DNA of 64,000 nucleotides from Antedon mediterranea (Eukaryota > Animalia > Echinodermata). Numbering within the stretch: the stretch's first letter is position 1; each line of letters begins with the position of its first letter. This document shows positions 13,801 through 28,800 of the stretch, piece by piece. The stretch is from positions 15,934,001 through 15,998,000 of the forward strand of contig NC_092672.1 of NCBI RefSeq assembly GCF_964355755.1. Reading direction: 5' to 3'. The notes beneath the pieces were generated by a model that was not told the origin of the DNA, ran no database searches, and worked only from the letters and a program-made list of their open reading frames with translations. The position numbers and the translations under genes were made by a program.

Positions 13801-16800
13801 AGTTTGTACGTTTGTTTGTTTGTATGTTCATTATACACATTTTTGTTACTGCACATAACCTTACATATTGGGTATCAAAATGACCGCAATTGTACCTGTA
13901 AAGTTCTAAACTACATTTGAACATCATCCGCCATCTAGGATTTAAGTTAGGGGCCAAAATTCCCCGAGCCCAGGTTTGGTGTTTAAGAGGATGGTGGGGA
14001 TTTCTGCTTGGGCTAGGGGTAGTAGGCTATCAAATTGACCAGAATTGTAGTCGAACATTATTAAATTATTTTAATTATCTTGAGAAGGGGCTGGGAGTTT
14101 GAGGTGGGGTCGTAGGCCTTTCAACTTGACTGAAACTGGGAGTGCGATATACAAACTACGTTTGAAAACTGCCATTGAGGGGTTATGGGTTGGGAGTAAT
14201 AGAAGTACAACATAATAATTGGAATTTCACTGGGAAAAGTTACTACATATGAACTGTCGGGAGGAGTAAAGGTTTGGTGATTATGGTGGGATGATGAGAG
14301 GAGAAATAATATTATGCTGGGGAAGAGGTAACTCAGCGGTATCCAAATAAGATATTTTATTCATTAGCCAATTTATTTACATAGTTTGCAAAGTACTTAC
14401 ACCATGCCTATCTGCTATTTATTAAGATGCTAAAGTTGTCGAATTAAAATTGTGGGTATCAAAATGACCACAATTGTACCTGGAAAGTTCTAAACTAAAT
14501 TTCAACATCATCCACAATCTTGGATCCAAGTTTGGTGGGAGAGGTGGGTGGGGAGTTGAGGTTGAGGGGATAGTGGGGATTTTGCTTAGGCTAGGGATAG
14601 TACTAGTAGGCTATCAAACTGACTAGAAATGTGTGGTAGAAGAGAGAGAGAGAGAGTTTGTATTTTAATTAGCCCTGGGAAGAGGGTGGGGATGTAGGCC
14701 TATCACCATGACCGAAACCATGGGAATGTTACTACTTCTAAAAACTTCTACTGAGGGATTATGGGTTGGTAGTGATGGCTAACATAATTTGTACTGGAAA
14801 CATCTTAAACACAATCATCCAGTATCTGGGGTGTGTTGGAAGGGAGGAAGAGGGACGGAAATACTGACGTAATGAAGTGTTGATTGATTGAATTGAAATT
14901 TAAATTTATAATTTTTTTTAAATATAACAAAAATAAATATAAATTTCAATCAATCATTCACACAGTTTACAATGTACTTAAAACATAGGCCTGTCATAGC
15001 TATGTATACTTCTACCCCTAAAGTTGAATTGACATTAATTTGTCCTGGGAAGAATTTGTTTTAAAAAAAAATGTGGGGTGTTATTGAAGAGGGTGAAGGT
15101 TGGTGAGTATAGGGAGATACTGGCGTCAGGTGTTATGTATGTATGTGAGAAGACTTTAAACTAATTTTAAAACCCACCCTGGGGCGGGTATAATTACTAT
15201 AGTAAATAATAACAATATTTAATATAATTATTAAAAACCAAATGTTACTGTTTTAATCAATGTGAATGAAATGCAGGCCTTGGTTAGGCCTACCTTTTGT
15301 TTGATTCAAATGACAGGAATCTATTTAGGATTTTATATAAAACAAATAATGAATGTTTTATATTCATGTAATGGTACAAATAATGGCATTTGGTGAATGA
15401 AGAAAGGTTATATGTCAACTTGGCTGTCACCATGCTATTATTTGTACCATTACACTCATAAGCATTCATTATTTGTATAACTGGTGTGTTTCTTTGCAAG
15501 ATTACACACATTTCCTATCAGTTTTGTAATTTTTCATGTCTGAATTAAAGAAAAACTAATAAAAAACAAATAAGTCAGACACATCTGTCATTGCAGCGAG
15601 CTATAATAATAAATAATAATCAACCTTCAATTTGGGAATTTAAAAAAAATTGTTTTCCTATAATTAACAGACCATGGCTGAAATCAAGCTGGAAGGATTA
15701 ACAAAGTAAGGCAAGAAAAGATTTTGGAAATATGTCTAGATACAATAGCATGTACAGTACTAAACAAAATCTCACAGAACCAAGAACAACAGTTGATGAT
15801 CTCTATACAGTCAAACAACACTTGTTCTTTTTGTACTGATTAGACACTACAATTCCGAAATAATAGAAATTGAATCTTAAAAGTTAAAAAAAAAAACCTT
15901 TTTAAAACTGTTTACTGTTTACCTTTTTTAAACTTAACTGTTTGAAACATTGTAGGCCGACTATTTATGTATTAAAATATTAATTATGGTAGTGAATTAC
16001 TATTTATTATTCTGTAAGTATGTATACTAGCCTACATATATATTTTGAGTCGATAAAAATCAATGTTCTTCTTTGTACAATAAAGTACAAAATTTAAATA
16101 ATTTGTAATGTTCTTGTTTTAAAATTTCTTTACCTCATATGAATACACAACTGCACAAACACATTTTTTGTTCAGATATCTTGGAAGTGTGACTACAGCT
16201 ATCAGTGGCCCTGTATCAAATATTTTTATGAAAAAAAAGTTCTGATTCATTATACTTTTAGAGTTTATTAAAAAAAAATGTATATGATGTAAACAAATGA
16301 TTATATTTTAATGAATGAGACATTTGGTTTGTGTTATGAGTTTTCCACACTAAATTCCGGATAACTCCTTGTGATTTTCTGGATCTTTTTTCTTTTTTAT
16401 CATCTTCTTTCTTTTCATCTTTAATATTTGTCAACATAACTTTGTATAACTTGGTCAAAAGATTGACTTTAAAGAGTAGTTGTGCAGAAGAGCTTTTTGA
16501 CGATGTCAGAGCCGTGTAGTGTTAAGTTATTTTATGACTGATCATAAAGTTTGAACCAACAAATATTTTTTTCACATGCAGCCAATGATTTTTTTTGTTT
16601 TTATTTCTTTAGTGGTGAGCTTAGGATTCAGTCTCATATCAGTGTCTTGCATGTAGAGCAGGAAGTTATAGGTGATGGTATTCTAGCTATTGACAGTGTT
16701 TTAGAATGTGACACTATACGCAATGACCTTTTAGAAGAAGAGAAACGATTAACTGAACAATTACAGGCAACAAGGTTAGCTCTGTTCCGTCAGTAAACAA

Positions 16801-19800
16801 TTACAATATTATGCAATTGACTGGGTTTATCTTCGCTTATCTGAGCATCTTAGAAATAAAGCCCAATGTGATGAGTAGAATATATCATGTCACTGAAGGC
16901 TATATTTTCATTGTGCCCCGACAAACACCCAGTCAATTTTTCTTTTACAGTACTTATTAGTGGACCTCAACATTTCCTTGCGCGTAATTTGGCAGTTTTA
17001 ATCACATGATTGCTAAGTGATTAAGTTGCAAGCAAGCAGTGACCTTCTCTAGCCAAGTGTTATTCAATATGTGAACTTGAATTGTTAATTTCATAAATTT
17101 GAATTAATGTTGTTGTTTAGTCCTGGCTCAACAGATTCAAAACAAAGCCAAAGATTAAGTGAAGTTTATCAGAAACTCGAAGAGATAGAAGCCGATAAAG
17201 CACCTGCAAAGTAAGTGTAGTAACTGTATTGATTGATTTAAATACACTTTAAATTGTACTTAATCTGTTAGGGAGAATTGTGCTATTTTGTTATATATAC
17301 TCTAATGAATTATTTTTGATAAATACTAAACTAAATTACACAAAATGAAAGAGATAAATACTATTGCAACTTTGATGTACATTGGTCATTTACCATCATG
17401 TTCAATGATTCAAGATAAATAACTTCCACATAAGAATGGAATCTTTTTAGAGGGTGTGCTTTGGTAAGTGGAAATGGATAAGGCGTCATCTCCACTAAAT
17501 ATCGGACGGATTGTACTGCAGCTGGTCGCGATATCTATTGTATTGTGACATCCTTCTGGACGCAGCTAAAATGTTGCGTCTGAGGGATTACCGATTATTC
17601 ACAATTATTCCGTTTTAGTGCGTCCATGAATAGCTCCGCCCCTCATTATGTGGTTGACTGATTTCAAGTTGTTGTTATGGAACTTCGCTTGATCGCGACC
17701 CACGGCGCCCAGACGGGCCCCTTGACTTGTCTGACTTTAATCAACAAATATACGTAGTAGTAAGGCAAAAAAATAATAAATACGTGAATACAGCTGCTTC
17801 GCTTCCTTGTGTCGGCTTTCTAACATTTGATTTGACCTTTTGATCACGCACAATTGTGTGTAACAACAGTCAGCATGACCAACTTCGACTTACTTCGTCC
17901 AGTTGCGATAGTTTCCGTGTACTGTAGAACATGTGATTGATAACCGTCAATGACACACTGCTGCGTTTGACTCCGACCACCCTCGCCGGATTGCGACCTA
18001 GATTTTTGTAGGAACGCACTTGTCTAGAGGTGTCCCTTTGTGGGAATCATTCAACATTGGCGGTTTACGCGTGATATATCATGTTCCATCCAGGGACCAA
18101 AATGCGTAGTTACTTTCCATCAGGCATCAGGTGTAATGTGTTTTGAAAATAACAAGTACCGTATATTTCGGTGTATAAGTCGCACTTTTGACACGCAAAT
18201 TTGACCTCTAAATTAAGGGTGCGTCTTATACACCGAACATAAATACCTCACCACACAGAGTGTACATATCGTCACCTCGTTGGCTAGGCCTGAGTAGGCT
18301 AGGCCTAGCTACAGTGTACTAACGTAACGGCAACCCTGCATCACTTTTCTACAAAAACATTGGCAGGGTACAAAAACAGTGGCAGGGTACAAAAACAGTG
18401 CAGTTTAAAAAAACAGTGCAGTTTAAAAAAACAGTGGCAGGGTAAAAAATGGTGGCAGGGTACAATCATTTGTGTTGTACAAAACGAATGGCTGAACAAA
18501 AACAGTGATAGGATACAAAAACAGTGGCAGGGTACAACAGTGGCAGGATACAAAATCTTGCGTTGTATACAGAAACAGTGGCAGAGTACAAAAACAGTGG
18601 CATGGGTATATAAACAGTAGCAGGTTACAAAAACAGTGGCAGAGTACATAAACAGTGCAGAGTAAAAAAACGGTGGCAGGGTACAACCATTTGCGTTGTA
18701 CAAAACGAATAACTGTGAACAAAAACAGTGGTTGGGTACAAAAACAGTCGCAGGGTACAAAAACAGTCGCAGGGTACAAAATCCTGCGTTGTACACAAAA
18801 TAACGGCTGGAAACAAAAACAGTGGCGGGTGTAAAAAAACATTTTTTAGGCCTGTAAGGCCTGACATTTTCAAGTGTAATTTAGGAAGACCTATAGTAGC
18901 CCTAGTTTTCAAAACCATGGTAGAGCTAGCTGGTCCTGGATATATATATTTCGTTTCATATTGCGAAGTATAATAAGTGCATTTTCTGGTTCCAGTCTAT
19001 TGGATAGCAAAGCCATGGGATGAGGCAACACAGCAAAACGCGTGGATATAGAGGAATGTTTTCAATTGGTGAAAAACAGCTATTCTGACTTCAACAATGA
19101 GAAAATGTTGATTCAACATAGAAGATGGAGAGATGAAGCATCGCCATTATGAACTTCGTCACTGTGTAGCCCATGCCATTGTGATGCAAATTCTTAGGAA
19201 AGTGATGGCTGACTGCCTGGCCGTCTTTTGTACTGTATATTCAACTTAGAAGCCTTGTGTTTTCAAGTTTCTTAGATCTTTAATACACTTCACGTTTACC
19301 TTTAATTACATTATTAACACTCTACTGTATTTTAAAGTTCTTGATTTTACTGTTTCACTTTTAGAGCTGCAATGATTATGGCTGGTCTTGGCTTTTCATC
19401 AACAATGCAGGTACAACCAACAAGGTATGTGCTACTTTATATTTCAAATATTATTTAGAGTTCTTAAAATTCCACCTTTAAGTGTAATTTGAACCTTATA
19501 ATATATGGTTATATATACATTATTTCTGGTAACTTTATCGTTTTAAGACTTGATGATTAATGATGCTGTTAACGGCACAAATTAAATTTTGCGCATTGGA
19601 TGTTGTGACGTCATCATATGGCCAGTTGAATTATAAAAGTCGTATTTTCATATTTTGCATCATAGTTCATAACATTTAAAAGAGAGCGCATCCATATTCT
19701 ACGTACCCAAATTTCTTTAACACGGAATATGTTGTTGCTCAGATAATTACCTTTCAAAATTGCTATCTACGTGCTTCATTTTGATTACATTATCATGTTA

Positions 19801-22800
19801 AAAATTGGATTAAAAGATGGGTCTCGTAATATTATCTATGCGGCACTATATAGTATGTATACGGATGCGGATAACCTAACTCGTCCATAGTGATGAGTTC
19901 AAATCTAGTTTAATCTTGAATATGTTCTTACCTTTTGATTAAAATGTGGTCTATAACAGTGAGTCTCAACCTTGGATCTGAAATAAAAGAAGCAGAATCA
20001 TGGACCTGCTGTGACAACCAAACATAAACAAACAACAACAATGGAACAGAGAATTTTCTTAACATAATATAATTCATTTCGTTAAGCTCTTCTTATATGA
20101 TATAAATAACATTCATGCATAACGATTATGATCTATTTAAAAAAATTAAAATATTAATTAAACATGTAACGGAAAGAGAAAACCTTCCCATTTCTGCATA
20201 ACTGGTGCATTTCTACTTCCAACACATATTTACAGAATCTATTTTGAATTTTGTCAATAGCCACGTTCACATAAGATTTTATCGTGCTGTCATATCATGA
20301 TGTTGAATATCACGTTAACAGGAAGAGCGTTCACATAGAATTTAACATCGTGATATAAGTATGCTAATGAGGTGCACTGATGCTTGAAAGGCCAAACACA
20401 CATGTTCAGAGCACACGTGGGAAGGGATTGTTGATTTGTTTTTGTAGTGTGGGATGCTATGTATAGCTATAGCCAGCAGGCCTAAGATAACTAAGAATAT
20501 TAACTAATAGGCATTGTCCATGGTTCTCTTGCGGATGAGCCATGGCATCTTTGCATCAAATATTTCGTGTCAAAAAGTAGGCCTAAGTAGCGAGCGTGAA
20601 TTATTTTGAAAACAAACCTGGCCCGTCTGTAATTTCACCTCACTCACGCTTACCTTTCCGAAGTTCAAAATCGATGATATTTATTAACTCCCTAATTTTG
20701 CAGAACTTTAGGTTTCAAAACACATGATTTTAACTATAAAAATGGAGTTGGTAAGTGATTTATTTACACAAACAAACATTCCACCGTACACTCTCTATTT
20801 GCACAATGGATTGAATGTGGACGAATTTATTCACCAGGCTATAGGCCTATGTATTTTTTAGTGTCCCGTCACATGATACATTGGTCTATTAAATCACACC
20901 ACAACTGTACTACATCGAATATTTTATTATTACATTAATACAGTACTTACTTACTGAAATTCATGACAACAATATTTAATATGCATATATAGGTCTAGAA
21001 TAGTTAGTAAAGTAGTCCCTACCCCCACCATTTACGTACAATACATGTTTTACTTTGTTGAAAAAAAAATTCGGCCTAGAAATTTACGATGTCTATTTAA
21101 GGAATTAGCTTTGTTTAAAAAAATCAGTCAAGTCTATAAATTGAAGAATATGAAATCATCTACACATGCATCACAACGATATTTTATTATCCATTTCGTG
21201 GTTAAAAATCAATATTTTACAAAATAAAGGCAAGTTGCGGTGTGCATGCAAATAGCAAAAGTGTCAGCCATTTCGTGTATGTCGTGTATGTCGTGCATGC
21301 CTTTGTGGTGGATCGAGTGTTGGTTGGACGGTCTAGGCTAGCTTTCGAAATTGTCCTGGCTGTTTCACATTAATTTCTGGTTAGTTCTCCAGATTTCGAT
21401 TTTGGTATTTCATTCTTTAATCGTCTAACTAACTTGATGTATGATTTCCGAAAGGATATAGTGGGTTAAACCTAAGAAATTTAACTATCAAAGCAAAAAC
21501 AACTGGTTGAAGCTGGCGGTCAAAGAAATCAGAACAACAACAATGGTAACTTCTTCCGGTAGGTGGCCCATGACACAGTAAATACGGTAACCAAGCGCTG
21601 ATTGGTTGAATTTTGTCTCTGCATATAACGGTGTCTAATATATCATGATAACTTCATAAGATCATGATAATTAACAGGTTCACCGAAAGCACGTTAGCCA
21701 AAATTAACATGATGAACAAAATCACGTTAATGACTTCCTGCAGGTTCATATAGAACATCATGATAAAGAAACTCACGATAATTTCTGAATGTGAACCTAG
21801 CTAATATCCATATAATTTGACATTCCCCACACTTCACTACCATATGTCAATATTGGTAAAATGTTTACATCAAATAAATAATTCCATGTATTGTCCGGTT
21901 GTGCTAAACAAAACTCCTAGATATTTAAAAAGAATTAATTTTCTTTGAGTGTATTCCTTATGGCCAGGAATCGATGTGGTTATGTTTTCACTGTGCGCAA
22001 TAAAAAATTAACGAATTTAATTTAACAAAATCACGTTTGTAATCATATCTTCACAATCATGAATCACTTTTAAACAAAATTTTGTACTCCTAAATTTCAG
22101 GTCATATTTTATCATATGGCAATACAATTACGTGCGTAGCGCATATAACGCATGCGTATGCGCGCTTAACATTTTCAAAATTGTCAAAATTTATTTTTGA
22201 TGAAATTAGAGTACGTTTCAGGCAATTTGAGTGCGCAGATATTTGCATGTGCACTGCGCGTTAAGCGTTAAATGCGCATGTTATTATCAGTTCCGACTGG
22301 AGAACAGTAACTTAGTTGAATATTCTTGCAGTCTCCTGCATCCTCAATGTTTTGATGTCTTGATTTGTAGTGAAAAGTGTTTGGTAGTTGGTCTTTATTT
22401 TATGATGAACAACAGTGTCTGTATTCTGGTGGTGTAATTAGAAAGAAGTAAATATGGTAGCACCTTCATTTTCCTCGTAGCTTCTTGAACACCTCTTGAA
22501 ATCAAATTGTATAAACAAAATATTTGATATCTAAATAAATAACAATAGACATAATGTTAGAATCATGTACTTCACAGTATTCCATATCGGCGCAAAAAAG
22601 CCTCTCTTAGCCAGGCATATGTCGGCCCAAAGAAACAAATATGCTGACCTAACCTAGCCTTGTGTTTTTTGGTGTTGGGATGAAAACATGGTAAAGGTAA
22701 AGGGTGCTCAAGCAAGAACATCGTAATTACTGCCCGTTTGAGATTAATTTTTGAAATGATGCATGTGCTGTTGCTGCGCTCTCTCAATATTGCTAATGAT

Positions 22801-25800
22801 GCCCTCTAAGTGATCTGATTGTGACATGGAAAGTGGCAGAGAATTAACGAACACAGCATTTGTCAGTTAAAAAAAAAATTGGAATTAAAGATGTATTGTC
22901 CCCCTGAAAAAATAATTATTAACAATTTTTTGTTGAATATTCCATTTTATTGTAACATATTGGTTATCCACTTTGACCAAAAATTGGATCGAAAAAAAAA
23001 ATGTATTTACCTGAAAAAAATGTAATTTAACGCAAAAAATGGTCAAATTGGCTGCCAGCCAATGGATTTTAGGTTGAATTTAACCATTTATTTTGTAGTT
23101 TTGTGAAGTGAAAACAACTTTTTTTTTCTTTTTTTTCTATGGAAACTACAAAATAACATATTCAAAGTCTGATTTAATTAATCTTCATTTTTCATGTTTT
23201 TGGGGAAAGAAAAAGAACTGTTCACCTAAAAGTATGAAATACCCCATAAAATGACACTCCTATATTTAATAAAATATTTATTATTTGCTTATTCCTGTAA
23301 TTACAATTTCCAGTTAACATTTTTTTTCTTCAATTTATAGAGAGTTTTCAGGTGGTTGGAGAATGAGGATAGCATTAGCAAGGGCTCTTTTTTCCAACCC
23401 CGACTTACTTCTGCTAGATGAACCCACTAACATGTTAGATATCAAAGCTATACTTTGGTTGGAAAACTATCTACAGGTATAGTAGTCCAAATTTTAGCTT
23501 TTAGTTCTTTCAAATTTTAGCTGAGAGAAAATGAAAATTACATCACTTTATTTGCTAATTTCAGGTATAGCTTGTAAACAAACCACGTCTCCGTATGTTT
23601 TGAAATTGGTATCTATATATAAATTTACGTAAGGGCAAAATTTGTTAAATCGCGCCTTACTTCTAGAATTTTTAATCGATGGTATATAAAGTTGGTTCGT
23701 ACTTTCGGTACTGATTTTAACCACCTTATGTAACTCTGTTTACTAATTAAATTAAGTTAGATAATTAGTTATTGACGATTAAAACGAATTTAGGTTCAAC
23801 GATTTGCCCCAAATAGGGGTGTTTTCCGATCGTGGTATACACTGTCTAATGGATGTCCATCTTGAAAAATACCCGGCACAAAAATGCGAGGAGGCTTCGC
23901 ATTTTCCTATCTCCTCCTACGATAATTGTTTTTAATAGCTGAAAACTGGTTGAACAGCTAGAGTACAGCATTATAATGTTGAAGACAGGCCGATTTTCTT
24001 TAAAAAATACTATTTTGATAGATTTAATATACGATTATACAAATGTATTGATTTGCGATGAATGGAACATCCCAATCTCTCAGTCTGCCAGAGTTTGGTT
24101 TAACACAAGTAGGTAAATTTATGAGCCCTTGGTTTAACACATACGGTAGGTAAATATATGGGCCCTTTGAGAATAAACTTGCAATACTTTGACAATACTG
24201 TAAATACCTATTAACTATTTTTGGTCCTCATTTGAATCGAACAGTTCTTACTGTGAATGTTCGTACTGTTAGATGTAATATAAAAATATATACAAAGAAA
24301 CTTTATTACTGAGATTGTGGTTAGGCTCTACTGTTAGATATATAAACACATTATTATATACAAATAAACTTTATACTGACAGTTCCTTCTCAACGGTACG
24401 TTTGTATTAATTAATAATTACCAATAATATAAACGTCGTAGTGGTGTATCGTGACATGTACTTTAATATTTCAATCGATTATGACAGTGACAGTTTTAAC
24501 AAAGTATTAAATCGCAAATGTTTTACTGTATTTAGAGGTATATTATTTATAGGCCTATAAAACATGAACAAAATATTTCGTTACTGAGTGGATAAAGAAT
24601 ATATTTAAAAATTGTTCCTCTTTGTACCTATCCGCTTTCCCATCCCTCAACCCTAATGTTACATACAAAACACAAATTGGGTTTCTTTAAATGAGTCCAA
24701 ATAAAAAATTTGGACTCATTTTGTGATAAGTTTCTCCTTCGGAAGTAATTCCCAGGGTGCTAATTTTAGTTGACTACATAAATCATCGTGTCTATTTATT
24801 CGTTTCTGTAAACGACAATGTATTGTAGTCCTGCGGTACGTACATTTGAAATCGCCAGTTTTGTTACGCTGAAATTACTGTGTATTCGAGAACCATCTGT
24901 GGGCACGACCTAGATGGTACGCTATCTAGTCTATATAAATTTACGTAAGGGCAAAATTTGGTAAATCGCGCGTTATTTCTAGAATGTTTACTCGATGGTA
25001 TATATAAAGTTGGTTAGAATATCGCTACTGATTTTAACCACCTCATGTAACCCTGTTTGCTAATTAAATTGAGTTAGATAATTAGTTATTGACAATAAAA
25101 ACGAATTTATGTTCAACGCTTTGCCCCAAATAGGGGAGTTTTTCGATCATGGTATACACTGTCTAATGGATGTCCATCTTGAAAAATACCTGCAAACAAT
25201 AATATGAGGATGCTTCGCATTTGCCTATCTCCTCCTACGATAATTGTTTTTAATAGCTGAAAACCGGTTGAACAGCTCGAATACAGTATCATAATGTGGA
25301 AGACAGACCGATTTTCTTTAAAAAATATTATTTTGATAGATTTAATATACGTTTATACAAATGTATTGATTTGCGATAAATGGAACATTCAAATCTCTCA
25401 AACTCTCAGTTTGTTGGTAAATTTACCACCATTGACCAAGGGTGTGTTACGATACAGCTAAAAAATATAAACAGAAAGAGACCTTTGTGCTATATACAAG
25501 CTAATTATATTTATTCATGACACATTAATTAATGAAATACATAAAAGAATTTGGTAAATGGTGGTGGTGGACAGAAGCAAAGCAACAAACAACTTTTTAC
25601 TCGCAGAACCACAGATGCATATCAAAGTATACAACAACCAAGACAGAGGCACCCCAAAGATAATGCTGGACAGGAAAAAGTATACTATACAATTATAGAC
25701 TAACAAGCTCAAATGTGCGATACTCGGGGTACAGCAAAAGAAGCTGTAATGATGTCATATTAAGACCGGATGTCACATACACATCAATAAACCTTGCTAC

Positions 25801-28800
25801 CAAATACGGCTATACAGTACCATCTTCGAGACGTGATGGCTGCATCCCGTTTGAAATTCAAAAATCCGGCTCTATAGATTTGAGGACATGTCCCTGTAGT
25901 ATATTTATGCCAAATCCCAGCTCAATACTACAACGAATAAGGGAGGAGTAGTACTTTATAAGTGGCACTTTTTACTCAATAGTGTCCGGATGGAAGAAGA
26001 AGAGGAAAAGATGAGTTCTAGACTCAGGTACCCCGAGTAATAAAACAAGATATCATATTACGTATACAGTATATTTCACCATAAAGAAAAATAGGTTTTT
26101 GCCAGGGCTTGAACTGGGGACCCTGCGTGTTTAGCAGACTTGATAACCACTACACTACGAAACCTCTTACACTAAAAATGTGAGTTACACAAAGTTTTTT
26201 AATCTATTTTAATTACAAATAAATATGGTAATATGCACAAAGCAAAATAAACATGTGTAAAAGTGATAATTACCGATTACACAAAATAAGTATTTAAAAA
26301 AGATATACTGTATATCATATTGCGTATACAGTACTTTTCACCATAAAGTTTAAAAAAAAGGGTTTCGCTCGGGCTCGAACCGGGGACCTTCTGCGTGTTG
26401 AGCAGACGTGATAACCACTACACCAAGAAGCCGCATATAACAACATAATGCTGTGGTGTGTTTCACACATTGTGGCTTCTTAATTAAACAAATTAATTAA
26501 CAAAAAAGCATGAATGTGTGATACTAGTGGTACAGCAAATGAAGCTGTAATGACGTCATAAGACGGGATGTGACGTCACATACACATCAATAACCTCGCT
26601 ACCAAATACGGCTATATGGTACCATCTTCGAGACGACATATGGCTGCATCCGGTTTGAAAATAAAAAATCCAGCTATAGCTTTGAGGACATGTCCCTGTA
26701 GTATATTCATGCCAAATCCCAGCTCAATACTACAACTAATAAGGGAGGAGTAGTACTTTAAAAATTGCACTTTTTACTCAATAGTATCCAGATGGAGGAA
26801 GAGGAGAAAATGAGTAAGTCCTAGACTCGGGTACCCCGAGTAAAAACAAAGAGTAATATTTTCAAAACAATGCGGTACCTAACAGGAAGCCAATTCAATG
26901 TTTCCAAGGTATTAGAAATGTGTCAATATCTTGGTAATTCATTAGTAAAAAGGTTCATCTGGATCTCTGTATAGTATTCAAGTAATTTTCTTCTGAATGA
27001 TCCAAAGTCAAATAAAAATCGTAAAACTTACCTTTTTTACTCTAGCTTTCGCTGGTCAACGACGCAGCTTAATCATGAGTGAGTCTCTGTGACTTGGACT
27101 TGTTACCATTATATCTCGTATTTGGTATAGCGCCATGTATGGAACGTTCAGGTTTACCCAAATGGGATTGTCGGGGCCTCCTCTTTAGTAAGTTGTTGTA
27201 TAATTTTGCAAGTTCCAAAAACGCATCGCCCACAAATGTGAAAACAGCTACAAATGTGAAACAAACTCAATGTGAAAACAACCACAAATGTGAAACAACC
27301 ACAAATACTTTACCCACAAATGTGAAACAACCACAAATGGGAAAATGCATCAAACACAAATCTGAAAACAACCACAAATGTGAAAACTCATCACCCACAA
27401 ATGTGAAAACAGTGACTACAAATCATCTTGACCATTTTACCATCTAAGCACATCAGTTTGGCAATGATAAAGTAGTCAACAACCTCCTACTGACTTTTGG
27501 GAGCACAAACTTAGAAATGCAATATATTATCAGTTAGTATTTCAAATTATGCAGCATGACAGTAAAAATGTTAATCAATTGTTATTATTTATTTCCAGAC
27601 ATGGAGAACAACTTTGCTAGTTGTATCTCATGACAGGAACTTTCTTGATCAAGTCTGCACTGATGTTTTGCATCTGTTTTCCCAACAACTTGACTGTTAC
27701 CGTGGCAACTATTCACAATTTGTAATAACAAAAAGTGAGCGATTAAAAAACCAGCAAAAAGAGTATGAGGCGCAATTACAAAAAAGACAACATTTACAGG
27801 TTACTATAAATTATATGTTTAACACCGCAACTGACCAGAATTGTACTGGAAATGTTTCAAACTACATTAGTAAAGCGTCATGGAGGGGTGGTTCGTTGGA
27901 AGTAATGAGATATCACCATTAATGGGAAGGTTTTCAACTATATATAAAAAAAGTACAGGGTGTGTTGGAAAGAGGTAGGAGGTGGAGTGGCAGGTATTCG
28001 GGAGATTCTGGCATCTGGGATAATGAGGTATCAAAATAATCTGAATTGTACTGGGACGTTTTAGTATCGGTGTTTGTGTGACCATAAGATTTAATTGGAA
28101 TGCGTAAGATTTAGATTAATGTGTATGCGTTGTATTTCCTTTAAAACACCGAAGTGTGCTACTGTAGTGCAAACCTGTTTATCCACTAAACAAGCCTTTA
28201 ATCAATATAACAAGGTTCAACTTTAAAAGGTTTTTCGTATAACATTATTTCTGTCTTAAATTTTTAGGTATTTATAGATCGATTTCGATATAATGCGAAC
28301 AGGGCAGCATTAGTACAAAGTAAAATTAAGGAAATTGAAAGAATGTAAGTATCTTATTAATATAGAAATTTTCACTGCTTATCATTAAACAGTTAATTTT
28401 GTCTAAAGCTTGGGCATATAAATTAATATGATTTGTGGTACCAGATTATTTTAATAGAATGCGAGATCTTGAATCATGAATTCCTGTTAATTATAGGAGT
28501 TACTTTATTAGATGGCTCATTGTCTTCGTTTGTTCAGGCACATATGGGCTATGGGCATGGCCTTCTATCGTTTCATTTCGTGATCTCCTATCTGTGGGGT
28601 GGGGGAAGAATAACATTGCTATGACAATTATAACAAAAATATAGATAACCTTAAACTGGCCGATCCTGCTTGTAAGTTATACGCGTCAACGAAATATGTT
28701 TGTTTTTATATGTATTTTATTGCGATATAGAAGATTTTTGTAGGTCAGTACAGGTCGCACATTTGACCAATCAAAATATTTGTTTTTTAACTCATAAAGC

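Larger units (their letters stand above)
25700..26850 (-). mobile_element. Second Helentron-like family, two similar blocks of about 340 bp flanking tRNA-derived units
   Basis: 25700-26040 resembles 26515-26845; both end in the palindrome ACTC(G/A)GGTACCCCGAGT with a matching subTIR TACTCGGGGTAC at about 25721. Confidence 0.55.

Noticed and set aside
18341-18973. Cys-rich ORFs on both strands
   Set aside because: Translations of a tandem repeat of about 20 bp.
19408-19424. Alternative donor CAG|GTACAA inside exon 5
   Set aside because: It would shift the frame; homology supports the downstream donor.
20519-20545. Fourth P-like footprint CATGG...CCATG
   Set aside because: No convincing flanking 7-8 bp duplication.
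26094-26432. Functional tRNA-Val genes
   Set aside because: Invariant U33 is replaced, acceptor and T stems are mismatched, and the copies sit in a repeat context.
16551-27922. Stand-alone genes from ORFs 16551-16796 and 27614-27922
   Set aside because: They are ABCF3 exons read through into intron sequence.
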